From the NCBI GenBank assembly GCA_028279865.1, contig JANQMV010000010.1, forward strand, positions 3,630 through 67,629: a stretch of DNA of 64,000 nt, in the 5' to 3' direction. The notes under the pieces are model-generated. The model was not told the origin of the DNA and ran no database searches. It worked only from the letters and a program-made list of their open reading frames with translations. A program made the translations under genes and the position numbers. This document shows, piece after piece, positions 20,544 to 29,959 of this stretch (its first letter is position 1; each line of letters opens with the position of its first letter). This DNA comes from Candidatus Altimarinota bacterium. Lineage in GTDB: Bacteria; Patescibacteriota; Gracilibacteria; JANQMV01.

Positions 20544-21287
20544 TTAATTTTTTACAATAACCGAAGCATTTTGATCAAATGGATTCATGCGTAGCGCAAG
20601 TGAAAAAAGGTATGGATAGTCTTTTTTCATGTATTGCATGTAGACAACCCATTCATAAACAAGCAGCTTGTAAGCTCTTTCAATATCTCCTCTAAGATGC
20701 TCCAAATCACTTTCCGGTAGGTTGTCAAAATTCTCCCGATGCTCCAGTTCTTCTACGAGATGAAGCACCGCTAGCAGTAAGTCTGTAAAAGTCTCATGTT
20801 CAAGCAAGTTTGGATTTTCGATAATATTCATTAAAAAATGCCTCTTTTTATGTAAAAAACTTTTTAATTCAGCAAGGTTTAAATTTTTAGTATTGATTTG
20901 GTAATCATGGCTGTTTAGTTGTTTTTTTAGCTGACTAAAATCTTTTTTACTCCAGTTATTGTTTAAAAGAAGCTTTTGCTTTATTTTTTCCAAGTTCTCG
21001 TCAAGATCAGAAAATTCTGCTACAAGTGCTGTTCCCATCTCACCAAAGAAAACTCCGATTAGCATATTGAGTTTTTCCATAATATGTTTTTTTTCGTGAT
21101 TGCTAAGCAGCTGATGAATGATAAGCGTTACCAGTAAAACTTCAATAGGGATAAAAGCAATATCACTCAATAAGAAGATGAAAATATGATGAGAATCTTG
21201 GAAAACTACGTAATGTAAAAAATAAAAAAGGATTGAAAGAAAGATTAAAAATATTCCCAAGAGAATTTGCCAGCGCAGTTTTTGCAT
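20544..21287 (-). CDS. Hypothetical membrane protein
   Basis: 247-aa ORF with two or three N-terminal TM helices and a helical soluble domain. No family recognised. Confidence 0.5.
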   Translation of the reverse strand: MQKLRWQILLGIFLIFLSILFYFLHYVVFQDSHHIFIFLLSDIAFIPIEVLLVTLIIHQLLSNHEKKHIMEKLNMLIGVFFGEMGTALVAEFSDLDENLEKIKQKLLLNNNWSKKDFSQLKKQLNSHDYQINTKNLNLAELKSFLHKKRHFLMNIIENPNLLEHETFTDLLLAVLHLVEELEHRENFDNLPESDLEHLRGDIERAYKLLVYEWVVYMQYMKKDYPYLFSLALRMNPFDQNASVIVKN

Positions 21288-21403
21288 AATTATTTAAAAT
21301 AAAATTTAACTGGGAATAGTTTAGCATATTTTAGGGTTATGTCATTTAGATGCTTGGTTTTTTATCATTTATTTCCGTTTTTTCTTGATACTAAGTTTTT
21401 TTA

Positions 21404-21440
21404 CAAAAAAAAGACGCTTTTAGTTAAACGTCTTTTTTTA
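21404..21440 (-). terminator. Terminator downstream of rplK
   Basis: AAGACG / CGTCTT stem flanked by A8 and T7 runs, 16 nt after the rplK stop. Confidence 0.55.
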
Positions 21441-21455
21441 AAATTTGAGTTCTGT

Positions 21456-21881
21456 TTAATCTTCTACAACGATGCCCATACTACGACATGTTCCTGCGAT
21501 AATTTTGACTGCTCCATCAATGTCTACAGCATTAATATCGGGCATTTTTACTTTTGCAATTTCTTCTAACTGAGCGCGTGTGATTGTACCAACTTTATCA
21601 AGGTGAGGTTTTCCGCTGCCTGATTTTAAATTGATTGCTTTTTTAATCAAAACTGCAGCAGGTGGTGTTTTGGTAATAAACGTAAAACTTCTGTCTTCGT
21701 AAACTGTAATTTCTACAGGTACGATTGTATCTCCCATTTCCTTGGTTTTATCGTTGAACTGAGTACAGAAATCTTGGATTGGAATACCTACTTGTCCAAG
21801 AGCCGGACCTACCGGAGGTGCCGGATTAGCTTTTCCCGCCGGTATTTGTAGTTTTACTACTTGCATTACTGCTTTTGCCAT
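21456..21881 (-). CDS. rplK: 50S ribosomal protein L11
   Basis: [32 protein letters not shown]... is the canonical L11 sequence. Confidence 0.95.
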   Translation of the reverse strand: MAKAVMQVVKLQIPAGKANPAPPVGPALGQVGIPIQDFCTQFNDKTKEMGDTIVPVEITVYEDRSFTFITKTPPAAVLIKKAINLKSGSGKPHLDKVGTITRAQLEEIAKVKMPDINAVDIDGAVKIIAGTCRSMGIVVED

Positions 21882-21893
21882 TTTGTAAGTTTA

Positions 21894-22469
21894 TTAAATT
21901 GTATTACTAGTTGTCAAAATCGATAGAAGCGGTTCGATTGACTCTTTATTGATTGCTTTAGAATATTCGATTCCGAAGACGGAAGTTGAGGTGAGAATAA
22001 TAATCCTTGCCATAGATTCTTCTTGAGTATTGTTTACATAAAAAGAATTTGCTCCGTAGTTATTTACCTCATTAATTGTAATATGTGGCTGGCTTTTGCT
22101 TAAATTATTGAACATTTCCTTTATTTTCAGGTAATTAACTTGGTTTTGTGAAGACTCAAATTCAAAAGTGTATAATTTAAAATAATTAACATTATTTTTG
22201 GTAAACAGAAGTTCTTCTCCTTTATTGATTCCTTGAATTTTTTCCAAATTCACTTTGCTAAAAATATCTTTTGTCTCCTTTTGTTCAGCCAGCTCAATAT
22301 CTTGGTCAGTTTTTTTGAGCAGTTTGGTATACGTGTTGTTTAATTTGGAAAGATTCTCAACACTGGCTGTCAAATTGATTTTGTCTCCGTAACCATTCAC
22401 AAAAAAATCAAGGGCACCAAGTCCTAGAGAAATAAGAAGAATGACGATAAAAATTGTTATTTTATTCAT
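21894..22469 (-). CDS. Hypothetical membrane-anchored protein inserted between nusG and rplK
   Basis: 191-aa ORF with an N-terminal TM helix. Its ATG directly abuts the nusG TAG stop (22470-22472). Confidence 0.55.
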   Translation of the reverse strand: MNKITIFIVILLISLGLGALDFFVNGYGDKINLTASVENLSKLNNTYTKLLKKTDQDIELAEQKETKDIFSKVNLEKIQGINKGEELLFTKNNVNYFKLYTFEFESSQNQVNYLKIKEMFNNLSKSQPHITINEVNNYGANSFYVNNTQEESMARIIILTSTSVFGIEYSKAINKESIEPLLSILTTSNTI

Positions 22470-23102
22470 CTATTTCTTTTTTATTTGATTAAAATCCAGC
22501 TCAATTGGCGTTTCCCGATCAAAAACACTAATGAGAACTCGAACTTTCCCTTTATTACTGTCTACTTTATCAATAACGCCTTCGTAACTCGAAAAAGGTC
22601 CACCAATAATCTTAACCATATCTCCTTTGAGGAATTCTGATTTGAATTTCGCTTGTTCTGATTCCATTCTCTTTTCAATAATTCCCCATTCTTCAGGTGA
22701 AACTGGTACCGGGATATTTCCCGAACCAACGAAGCCCGTGATATTCGGTGTGTTACGTACCACGTACCAAGACTCATCAGTTACAATCATGTTCACAAGC
22801 ACGTAACCTGGGAAAATTCTCTTTTTTTCTTGGACAGGTTCTCCTTTTTTCAAAACAATTTCCGGTTCTTTGGGAACCACCACGTCAAAGATTGTTTCCT
22901 GCATGTTCAAAGACTCAATCCTCTGTCTTAAAGCTTTTTCAACAGCATCTTCGTAGCCGGAATAAGTATGTACTACGTACCAGTTACGTCCTTGGGAAGG
23001 GTCTTGACGACCTTTTTTTAGTTCCGATTGAACTCCGGTTGTAGTTTGGCTTTCCGGCTGATTTTCTTGCTCGACTTTTTCATTTTCTTTTTGATCGGAC
23101 AT
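22470..23102 (-). CDS. nusG: Transcription termination/antitermination factor NusG
   Basis: NWYVVHTYSGYEDAVEKAL (NGN domain) and a C-terminal KOW motif (GDMVKIIGGPFSSYEGVI). Confidence 0.9.
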   Translation of the reverse strand: MSDQKENEKVEQENQPESQTTTGVQSELKKGRQDPSQGRNWYVVHTYSGYEDAVEKALRQRIESLNMQETIFDVVVPKEPEIVLKKGEPVQEKKRIFPGYVLVNMIVTDESWYVVRNTPNITGFVGSGNIPVPVSPEEWGIIEKRMESEQAKFKSEFLKGDMVKIIGGPFSSYEGVIDKVDSNKGKVRVLISVFDRETPIELDFNQIKKK

Positions 23103-23148
23103 TATGCGTAAATTTAAGTTTTAATTGATCTTATTTGTCAGGATGGTT

Positions 23149-23343
23149 TTAATTTGAAGCAATGCTCAAAATAGATTTAAAAAACTGCGTAAACCCAAAG
23201 TCCACGAAGCCAAGAATAATTGCAAAAACTACAATAAAACCAATGACAATGATTGAGATTCGGATCGTTTGTGCTTTGGTTGGCCAAGTGACATGATTTA
23301 ATTCCTGTATCGCATTTTGAATATAATTTTTGATTGCTTGCAT
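23149..23343 (-). CDS. secE: Preprotein translocase subunit SecE
   Basis: 64 aa. ELNHVTWPTKAQT followed by a single TM helix. Lies immediately upstream of nusG. Confidence 0.8.
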   Translation of the reverse strand: MQAIKNYIQNAIQELNHVTWPTKAQTIRISIIVIGFIVVFAIILGFVDFGFTQFFKSILSIASN

Positions 23344-23791
23344 TTTAATTGAATTACAAATTGAAAATTATTTTGATCATTTTACAAAAACACAAATACC
23401 CCTAAAAAACCCCTCCATCGGCGGTTATTTTATACTAAATAAAATAATATGCAAGTACAAAAAAACTCCACAAATGCCGTATCTCCTCGTAACACACTTA
23501 ATCCTGATATGTACAGGTGGGAAGAGCCGGCAGGATCAGAGCCCCACGTAAAAACTCCTATTCCCTTAAGTGTTAAGAGCGAAATTGTATTACAAAAAGA
23601 CACGAACACCATAGAGCATCAAAATATTACCAATCAAAAAACTGTATTTCAATTTTTATCAATAGACAAAGAAAGGGAAAAATTGTTTGTTGTATTAATA
23701 TTTTGAACAAAGAACACTAAAACAACCTTAAAATAAGGCGAAAGTATGATAATGAAAAAATTAAATTACAAACTCCGGTTTTGCCTAAAAA

Positions 23792-24418
23792 TTATGTAAT
23801 TAACTGGATCGCAGAAAAGACAATATCAACAAGAGGCATCATGATTCTTCCCAAAATATTTACACCAAAAGATTGCAAAAGAATCAAGCCGATCAAGATA
23901 AATGGTCCCATACGCAAATATTCTTGATATTGGTTGTAATATTGGTCTGAAATGAAGGCTCCGATTATTTTCGAGCCGTCTAGGGGAGCAATTGGTAAAA
24001 CATTAAAAACCATGAGACCCACATTTAAATAAACGGTAATAAAAATGATGTTTTGTAAAAAATTACCAACATCAGTGCCCATTACGGCAAAAGGAAAGTG
24101 CTGTAAAATAATGCTAAAAACCAATGCGGTTATAAAATTCGCTGCTGGTCCGGCAATGGCAATAAACGCAGAATCTCTTTTGGGGTTTTTGAGATGATAA
24201 GGATTGTAAGGAACGGGCTTACCCCAGCCGAAATTTGCGAAAAAAATCATTAATGTTCCTACCGGGTCAAGGTGCGCCAGAGGGTTTAATGTTACTCTGC
24301 CTTCATATTTCGCAGTGTGGTCTCCCAATTTATAAGCCATCCAAGCGTGAGCTGCTTCATGGACAGTGATTGCGATTAGAAGCGCAAAAGCATAATAAAG
24401 GATATTTTCTAGAGTCAT
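23792..24418 (-). CDS. Site-2 protease family (M50) membrane metalloprotease
   Basis: HEAAHAWMA zinc motif in TM1, and LDGSKI (NPDG-like) later in the sequence. Confidence 0.8.
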   Translation of the reverse strand: MTLENILYYAFALLIAITVHEAAHAWMAYKLGDHTAKYEGRVTLNPLAHLDPVGTLMIFFANFGWGKPVPYNPYHLKNPKRDSAFIAIAGPAANFITALVFSIILQHFPFAVMGTDVGNFLQNIIFITVYLNVGLMVFNVLPIAPLDGSKIIGAFISDQYYNQYQEYLRMGPFILIGLILLQSFGVNILGRIMMPLVDIVFSAIQLIT

Positions 24419-24493
24419 GATTTAAATTTGACATTAATAGATAAGAGTGATAAATTTTCTCCGCTTATTTTTTGTTTTTATTATAAATTGAAT

Positions 24494-24700
24494 ATGGCGA
24501 AAGTATGTGAAATATGTGGTAAAGGTCCTGCAACAGGTAACAATGTAAGTCATTCTGTGCGTCGTACAAAGAGGCGTTTTTTACCGAACTTAGTGAAGAA
24601 AAAAATTCTTGATCCGGTTAAAAATGTTTTCGTAAGAAAGAAAATCTGTACGAGTTGTCTAAGAACAATGAATAAGAAGATGTCAGTGGCGAGTGCTTAA
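24494..24700 (+). CDS. rpmB: 50S ribosomal protein L28
   Basis: [33 protein letters not shown]. The track ORF starts further upstream, but the family match begins at this Met. Confidence 0.85.
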   Translation: MAKVCEICGKGPATGNNVSHSVRRTKRRFLPNLVKKKILDPVKNVFVRKKICTSCLRTMNKKMSVASA

Positions 24701-24781
24701 CAAATATTAGATGAGTTCTTTGGTAATGGCAAATGAATCTTTAGCATTATCCTTTAGAGTTACTTTTTTGGAAACTTGTTT

Positions 24782-24840
24782 GCGGGTATAGTACAGTGGC
24801 TAGTACGTGTCCCGTATTGCGGGACAACGCTGAGATTGAG
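24782..24840 (+). pseudogene. Truncated, rearranged copy of tRNA-Gly
   Basis: Bases 24782-24809 are identical to the first 28 nt of the intact tRNA at 25109. A hairpin, GTCCCGTATTGCGGGAC, replaces the anticodon region. CAACGCTGAGATTGAGTT then resembles CAACGCTAAGACACGAGTT of the tRNA. No T-arm or 3' acceptor strand follows. Confidence 0.5.
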
Positions 24841-24860
24841 TTTTACTAAATAGGGGATTC

Positions 24861-25118
24861 ATGGAAAAATTCACTGTTTACATTCTTAAAAGTCAGTTAC
24901 GTGGTAAGCATTATATCGGTTATACTGTTGATATAAAGAAAAGATTAAAAGAGCATAACGAAGGTTTGAATAGATCGACAAAATATGGTGTTCCTTGGGG
25001 TATCGTTTACACAGAGGATGGTTTTAGAACTAGGTCGGATGCAATCAAGAGAGAGCGAGAGATTAAAAGTTGGAAAGGAGGAATAAAGTTTAAGTTATTG
25101 TTTAACCAGCGGGTATAG
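24861..25118 (+). CDS. Small GIY-YIG nuclease-family protein (YhbQ/URI-domain type)
   Basis: 85 aa. FTVYILKS...HYIGYT...RLKEHNEG...REREIKSWKG. Its last 10 nt, including the TAG stop, overlap the tRNA-Gly acceptor stem. Confidence 0.85.
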   Translation: MEKFTVYILKSQLRGKHYIGYTVDIKKRLKEHNEGLNRSTKYGVPWGIVYTEDGFRTRSDAIKREREIKSWKGGIKFKLLFNQRV

Positions 25119-25183
25119 TACAGTGGCTAGTACGTGGCGTTGCCAACGCTAAGACACGAGTTCGATTCTCGTTACCCGCTCCA
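25109..25183 (+). tRNA. tRNA-Gly (anticodon GCC), CCA encoded
   Basis: Hand-folded cloverleaf. Acceptor GCGGGTA/TACCCGC, D-arm GTAC-AGTGGCTA-GTAC, anticodon arm TGGCG-TTGCCAA-CGCTA with GCC at 25142-25144, T-arm ACGAG-TTCGATT-CTCGT, then discriminator T and CCA. Confidence 0.9.
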
Positions 25184-25256
25184 AGCTCTTGAACAAGGAG
25201 TTTTTCGACGTGGTGAAAGGCTTGGACGGCAACCCCGCTAAGCGGAACAAAATGTG

Positions 25257-25269
25257 GTTACCCGCTCCA
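25257..25269 (+). repeat. Exact 13-nt copy of the tRNA-Gly 3' end (GTTACCCGCTCCA)
   Basis: Identical to 25171-25183, lying 73 nt downstream of the tRNA. Confidence 0.7.
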
Positions 25270-25459
25270 TGTAAGAGAAACTGCTTCTGAAGGCATTTTT
25301 TTGTTTAAGCTTAGTATTTATTGTCGCGTAGTTGTGAAGAAAATCTGCTTTTCGAAATGACATAATATTGATTAAGTTGCTTTTGTTTAGGGAAGAAATA
25401 TGTAAAAAAGACAAGAGGGCTAAATAATCAGGTTTGTAAGATGTTTTATCGCAAAGATA

Positions 25460-28400
25460 CTAATATACAATGAGTTTACAGAAGCGTAGGTATTGGAGAA
25501 AGAGAGACACACACATTTGTTTGTCATCTAAAAGTTCATACGATTTCATGATATTCACAAAGCCTCCATGTCCACTATTAGTATAAAGGTATTTTAATGT
25601 TTCTTGTCTGGTGTTACTGTTTTTTAGTGCTTCTGCCAAGGCTATATGTAAATACCTTGAATTATTACTAAACCAATCTGTGTGGGGGAAGTTATTTTTC
25701 ATTAAAAAATTAATAAAGTGTTCAATACTATTATTAATTTCAAATGTCTTTTGAATAAGTATTTCCCATGACTTTTTGTTTTTTAGTACAATCCCATTTT
25801 TGTAGTTTTTAAGTCTCCTGTATTTTCCACTAAGCTGTATCGAATTAGTACATTGTTTTACTTCCTCAATAAATTTCTTTTCAGGGTAATGTTTTTCATC
25901 TTTAATATAATTATTCTCATTTTCAATTTCTTTTTTTAAATTGAATTCCCTTTGGTACTTTCTGCATAATTTTTCGTATATTTTACGTTCTTTTTCAAAA
26001 TGTACTTTTGGGAAATAATAATCAATTTTTCGTTTTTTTATTTCTTCAACTTGATCGTATGCCTTATTGAATGCATCTTTTTTTTCCTCTTCGGTATAGA
26101 AATCAGACTCAGCAATTTTTAAGTAAACAGTAATCTTTTGTTCAAAATGGTCTGATTGATTATATTGACTGTCGCCTCTGTACTCGTTCATTTGTTTCTC
26201 AATCTCTTTTACGCTAAAGCCCCTCTCTATTTTGCTGTTAATAATATGTGTTATTACTATATTGTTAAAATTGCTATAACCACGATCATCAATTAACTTT
26301 TCTTTAAATTCTTCTGCCAAATCAAGATTATAATCTGCAACCAACTTAACAACGTTATATGGACCTTGCCATGTGCTTCTGCCATCAGTTATTTTACTCA
26401 CACGCATTGCTAGCTTAAAAATAGTTCTGCTATATTCTTCTAATTTTTCGCTAGTTTCCCAGTTGTTTCTCCATAATATCTCAAGTGCATCAACGAGTAA
26501 GAAACTTACAATGTGGTCTTTTCTCCATCCATGTCTTAACATGCCTTCTATTACACCTCTTTCAAAATATAGAATAGATTTTTGATTATCTAGTTTCAAA
26601 AAGAACAAGCTAAGAGAGAAACACTGATCAACATAAGAAGGATAGTCGTCATCCCAATTTTTTAATTCATTCTCGAGTGGTTCTAAATCACTTTTATTCA
26701 CTATTTTAGAGAACCTATCAGGAATAAGGCGATTCAATTTTAAGAAGAAACTAAATGGAACAAGATTATTATCTTTTTTAATTAAGATCTCTTTTAGTCT
26801 TCTTAAAAGTTGATTGTTTTCATTTATTGCAAAAATCTGAGCCCATAAAAAAGAGATAGAAACATCTAAATATTTCCCATAAGAACCTTCATAATAGAAA
26901 TTAATATATCTTGTAAAATCTCTCACAATAGCCTCTATTTTCTTTTCTTGTTTTAATAATAAAATGTAATCTTTGAAGATAGCTGAATATAAACCTGATT
27001 CGTTGTAGTAACGGAAAGGATGACCTTCTTGTTTTTTTAAAAAATGTTCAAAAGAGTTAATATTTAAAATATACGATATTAATGCGATATCAATATGAGT
27101 ATCATACATGTGCCAATCTATTCTTCTTTTTTCTCCATGTTCTGAAAGGAGGGTGCTTAGAAGTTCTTTTTCATCATTTGAAATTTGTAAATCGAAAAAC
27201 TTTTTATAGAAAATGATATAATAATTATCTTTATCAATATTCTTAAGCGGATATTCATTTACAAAATGTTCAATGTTTGTGAATATTGTTTTTGATTTAG
27301 CCAGTATTGGTAAATATTCAATGCTTTTAAGAATATCCAAAAGTGCTAAAAATTCAAAATTATCAAAATCTTCAACTAATTCATTCAATTCACTAGTTTT
27401 TTCTTTTAGACATACCTTTAGGAATGATTTTATCAATATTTCTCTTTTAGATTCTTTGTCTCCAGGATTTTTTTTATCAGAGTAATAATCATATCTTTTT
27501 CTTATGTGATTATTCAAAAGATCTTTAATGTTGTTATTTTTTATTACCACTAAGTAATAGAGCCAATTTTCAAGTTTTTTCCAAAAAGGATCCTTTAAAA
27601 AATCTCTTTCATCCTTTCGGATATTTTCTTTGTATTTATATTTTTTAAACAGATCTAGGACACTTTGGAGTTGTTCTCTTAAGTAATTCGCATAATCTAT
27701 TTTTCCAGACTTCCATAAGATAACGCTGTTTTCGATAAGGGAAGCAACTCCATGTTCCCAGATAGTTTTTAGATAATCATTTGAATAATAGGGGGCTTCT
27801 CTATTTTTTTTCCATTCTTCGAATTGCCTTTTTAATTCATTAATATCAATAGATATTTTAATTTTTAGATCAAGGTTGTCATTTTCAATAATCTCGTTAA
27901 ACATTTCATCATTTTGGGCTACTAGTGCTGGAATAAATTTTGATGAATTCATATAGTATGCACCATCAACAACAAAACCTTTATGGTTTCCTAAATATAT
28001 ATCTATCAGGTTTAATTCAATTAAGCCTGGTAAGTTAGATTGTTTTTCGTATCGTGTTCTTAAGTATGGTAGGAATAATTTTTCAAAATATTCATGATTA
28101 GATAGTATTTTTAATTCTCTTATAATATTAGGATTTCTTCCATATTTAGTTACTAGCTTTTGAGTTAAGAAATATTCTTGATATCTTCTGTGTTGGTAAA
28201 TATATGAATTTGTGTCTTGGGTGTTTTCACTATTTTTGTAAGAATTATCAAAAAAGAGATCTGCAATATATGCCAAAATGTGATTTACAGATTTATAATC
28301 TAGGCGACTAAATGTATTTAGTATAAGATTTTGTAGATCTTTTTGCGGGAAACGAAATTGAAACTTTTCTTGAAATTTAAATGCAATTTCTTGGTTTATT

Positions 28401-29716
28401 TTAAGAATTCCTTCTTTTTTGCAGTTAAGTAGGTTTAAATTATCAATATTTTTCTTATGCTCAGGAATATTTAGAAGTAAATAAATTTTCCTATCAAAAA
28501 GGTCAAGAATTGTACTAGATTGATCAAGTTTTTCTATAGTTTCTAAAAATAACCTTATAAGTAAAATGTCTTTTACCTCTTTTATAAGGGTTTTGTTATT
28601 CTTTTTTAGTTTTTTAAAAAGGCTTGTCTTTTGTGCACAATTTTTTGAAGATATATATTTTTCTATGTAACTTTCATCTAGATCTGCTATGCGGTATTCA
28701 TTAATATCGCTAAAGTGACTTTTCGTTTTTAATTTATTTAGATTTCCAGACCTACATGAGATAATAATTTTTTTTGTCTCAGTTCTTTGACTTAATTCCT
28801 TTATTTGATTCAATGTAGCTTCTGCATTTTCTTCGTTTAATTCATCAAGACCATCAAAAAGGTAAATAAAACCTAGTGTTTGTCCATTAACTTTACCATC
28901 ATTTTTTCTACCCCTAACAATGCTTTCTAAACTGTCAGATACGCAGTTTTTTAAATTGATTAGTATGGGGATGGCATTGTTGGTTGTAATGACCTTAATC
29001 ATCTCTCCCTCATTGCTTTTGCCTAATCCTCCAAAAGAATCTAATAATTTGTGCATTAAGAAACTTTTACCTGAGCCAGGATGACCAAGCAATAATGAAA
29101 GTTTTTGTTTTTCTGAAAAAATCCTGGTTGTAATGCTTGTGACTTTATTGTTTTTTTGATCAAGAATAGGCAAATCAATGTATTCAGATGAACTAATGAA
29201 AGTTTGAGTATCTGGATTAACACTATTTTTTATAAACGAAAACTCATAACCAATGCCAAAGTAGAGTTGCAATAAACTTAGATTTGCAGGCAAATTTAAA
29301 GTCTGTTCAAAATTACTGGGGACAAACCACTCAATTGCTACTTTTAAATTTTTTGCTGTTTTTTCAATTTCTTCTTTTAATTCTGCATCTTTTTTTTCTT
29401 TTTTAGAACTCTCTGACAATTCTTTGTTAATGTAAAAAACAATTTTGTTTATTTTAGGATTTTTTGATTTTGCTTTTTCAATCGAGCTGACGAGATTGTT
29501 TTTGTTAATTTCTGAATCAAAATACTTCGCTTGAAAGCCAATCCACTTACGATTTACTAGTATCGGCTCAGTCTCAATGCCAGTTTGGTTCTTGTATCTA
29601 AAAATACCAGTATCTCTTTTGAATCTTCTACAAAATAAAAAATAGGCAAGATCCTCGAATGAATCTCTGTAATTCTTGTTTTTAATCTCAAATTCTTTCC
29701 AGTTAATATTGTACAT
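25460..29716 (-). CDS. NACHT/STAND NTPase with an Mrr-like N-terminal domain and a long helical C-terminal region (Avs / bacterial NACHT-like candidate defence protein)
   Basis: Walker A LLLGHPGSGKSF. NACHT Walker B IYLFDGLDELNEEN. N-terminus FEDLAYFLF...QTGIETEP...WIGFQAKYF, resembling the Mrr-type D/E..QxK nuclease core. About 900 aa of helical repeats follow. The likely start is ATG 29716 (the track's GTG 29746 is also possible). The gene is much more AT-rich than its neighbours. Confidence 0.75.
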   Translation of the reverse strand: MYNINWKEFEIKNKNYRDSFEDLAYFLFCRRFKRDTGIFRYKNQTGIETEPILVNRKWIGFQAKYFDSEINKNNLVSSIEKAKSKNPKINKIVFYINKELSESSKKEKKDAELKEEIEKTAKNLKVAIEWFVPSNFEQTLNLPANLSLLQLYFGIGYEFSFIKNSVNPDTQTFISSSEYIDLPILDQKNNKVTSITTRIFSEKQKLSLLLGHPGSGKSFLMHKLLDSFGGLGKSNEGEMIKVITTNNAIPILINLKNCVSDSLESIVRGRKNDGKVNGQTLGFIYLFDGLDELNEENAEATLNQIKELSQRTETKKIIISCRSGNLNKLKTKSHFSDINEYRIADLDESYIEKYISSKNCAQKTSLFKKLKKNNKTLIKEVKDILLIRLFLETIEKLDQSSTILDLFDRKIYLLLNIPEHKKNIDNLNLLNCKKEGILKINQEIAFKFQEKFQFRFPQKDLQNLILNTFSRLDYKSVNHILAYIADLFFDNSYKNSENTQDTNSYIYQHRRYQEYFLTQKLVTKYGRNPNIIRELKILSNHEYFEKLFLPYLRTRYEKQSNLPGLIELNLIDIYLGNHKGFVVDGAYYMNSSKFIPALVAQNDEMFNEIIENDNLDLKIKISIDINELKRQFEEWKKNREAPYYSNDYLKTIWEHGVASLIENSVILWKSGKIDYANYLREQLQSVLDLFKKYKYKENIRKDERDFLKDPFWKKLENWLYYLVVIKNNNIKDLLNNHIRKRYDYYSDKKNPGDKESKREILIKSFLKVCLKEKTSELNELVEDFDNFEFLALLDILKSIEYLPILAKSKTIFTNIEHFVNEYPLKNIDKDNYYIIFYKKFFDLQISNDEKELLSTLLSEHGEKRRIDWHMYDTHIDIALISYILNINSFEHFLKKQEGHPFRYYNESGLYSAIFKDYILLLKQEKKIEAIVRDFTRYINFYYEGSYGKYLDVSISFLWAQIFAINENNQLLRRLKEILIKKDNNLVPFSFFLKLNRLIPDRFSKIVNKSDLEPLENELKNWDDDYPSYVDQCFSLSLFFLKLDNQKSILYFERGVIEGMLRHGWRKDHIVSFLLVDALEILWRNNWETSEKLEEYSRTIFKLAMRVSKITDGRSTWQGPYNVVKLVADYNLDLAEEFKEKLIDDRGYSNFNNIVITHIINSKIERGFSVKEIEKQMNEYRGDSQYNQSDHFEQKITVYLKIAESDFYTEEEKKDAFNKAYDQVEEIKKRKIDYYFPKVHFEKERKIYEKLCRKYQREFNLKKEIENENNYIKDEKHYPEKKFIEEVKQCTNSIQLSGKYRRLKNYKNGIVLKNKKSWEILIQKTFEINNSIEHFINFLMKNNFPHTDWFSNNSRYLHIALAEALKNSNTRQETLKYLYTNSGHGGFVNIMKSYELLDDKQMCVSLFLQYLRFCKLIVY

Positions 29717-29959
29717 TGTCGATATTGCAAAAATTTTCCACTTCACAAAAAGTATATACTATAAACCTAATCAGATGAAAGAATCTATAAATACTTATGT
29801 TAGAATTTTTTTATGATTTTCTTTAATATAAACTCTCACAAGGTGCTCCAAAACTTAGCAGCTCAAAAGCTGTTTTTTTGCTATCTTAAAATAAGATATA
29901 AAGTTTTTTATTTTTACAATTCTATGCTGTAACATATTATCGAATTAATATAAGTATCT

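Noticed and set aside
23449-23745. Track ORF 23449-23706 ends in TGA and would extend to about 23745 under table 25. The same region contains CAGGTGGGAAGAGCCGGCAGGATCAG, vaguely like the SRP RNA GGAA/AGCA core.
   Set aside because: The ORF has no SD and no recognisable family, and I cannot judge its composition as coding. The putative GGAA tetraloop has no closing Watson-Crick pair and no convincing helix 8 can be drawn. The region is left unannotated; a covariance-model scan (SRP, 6S, tmRNA) would settle it.
29840-29870. GCTCCA near 29853, considered as a distal att site matching the tRNA-Gly 3' end and so delimiting the NACHT island
   Set aside because: Only 6 nt match, which is expected by chance. 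The island boundary on this side remains undefined.
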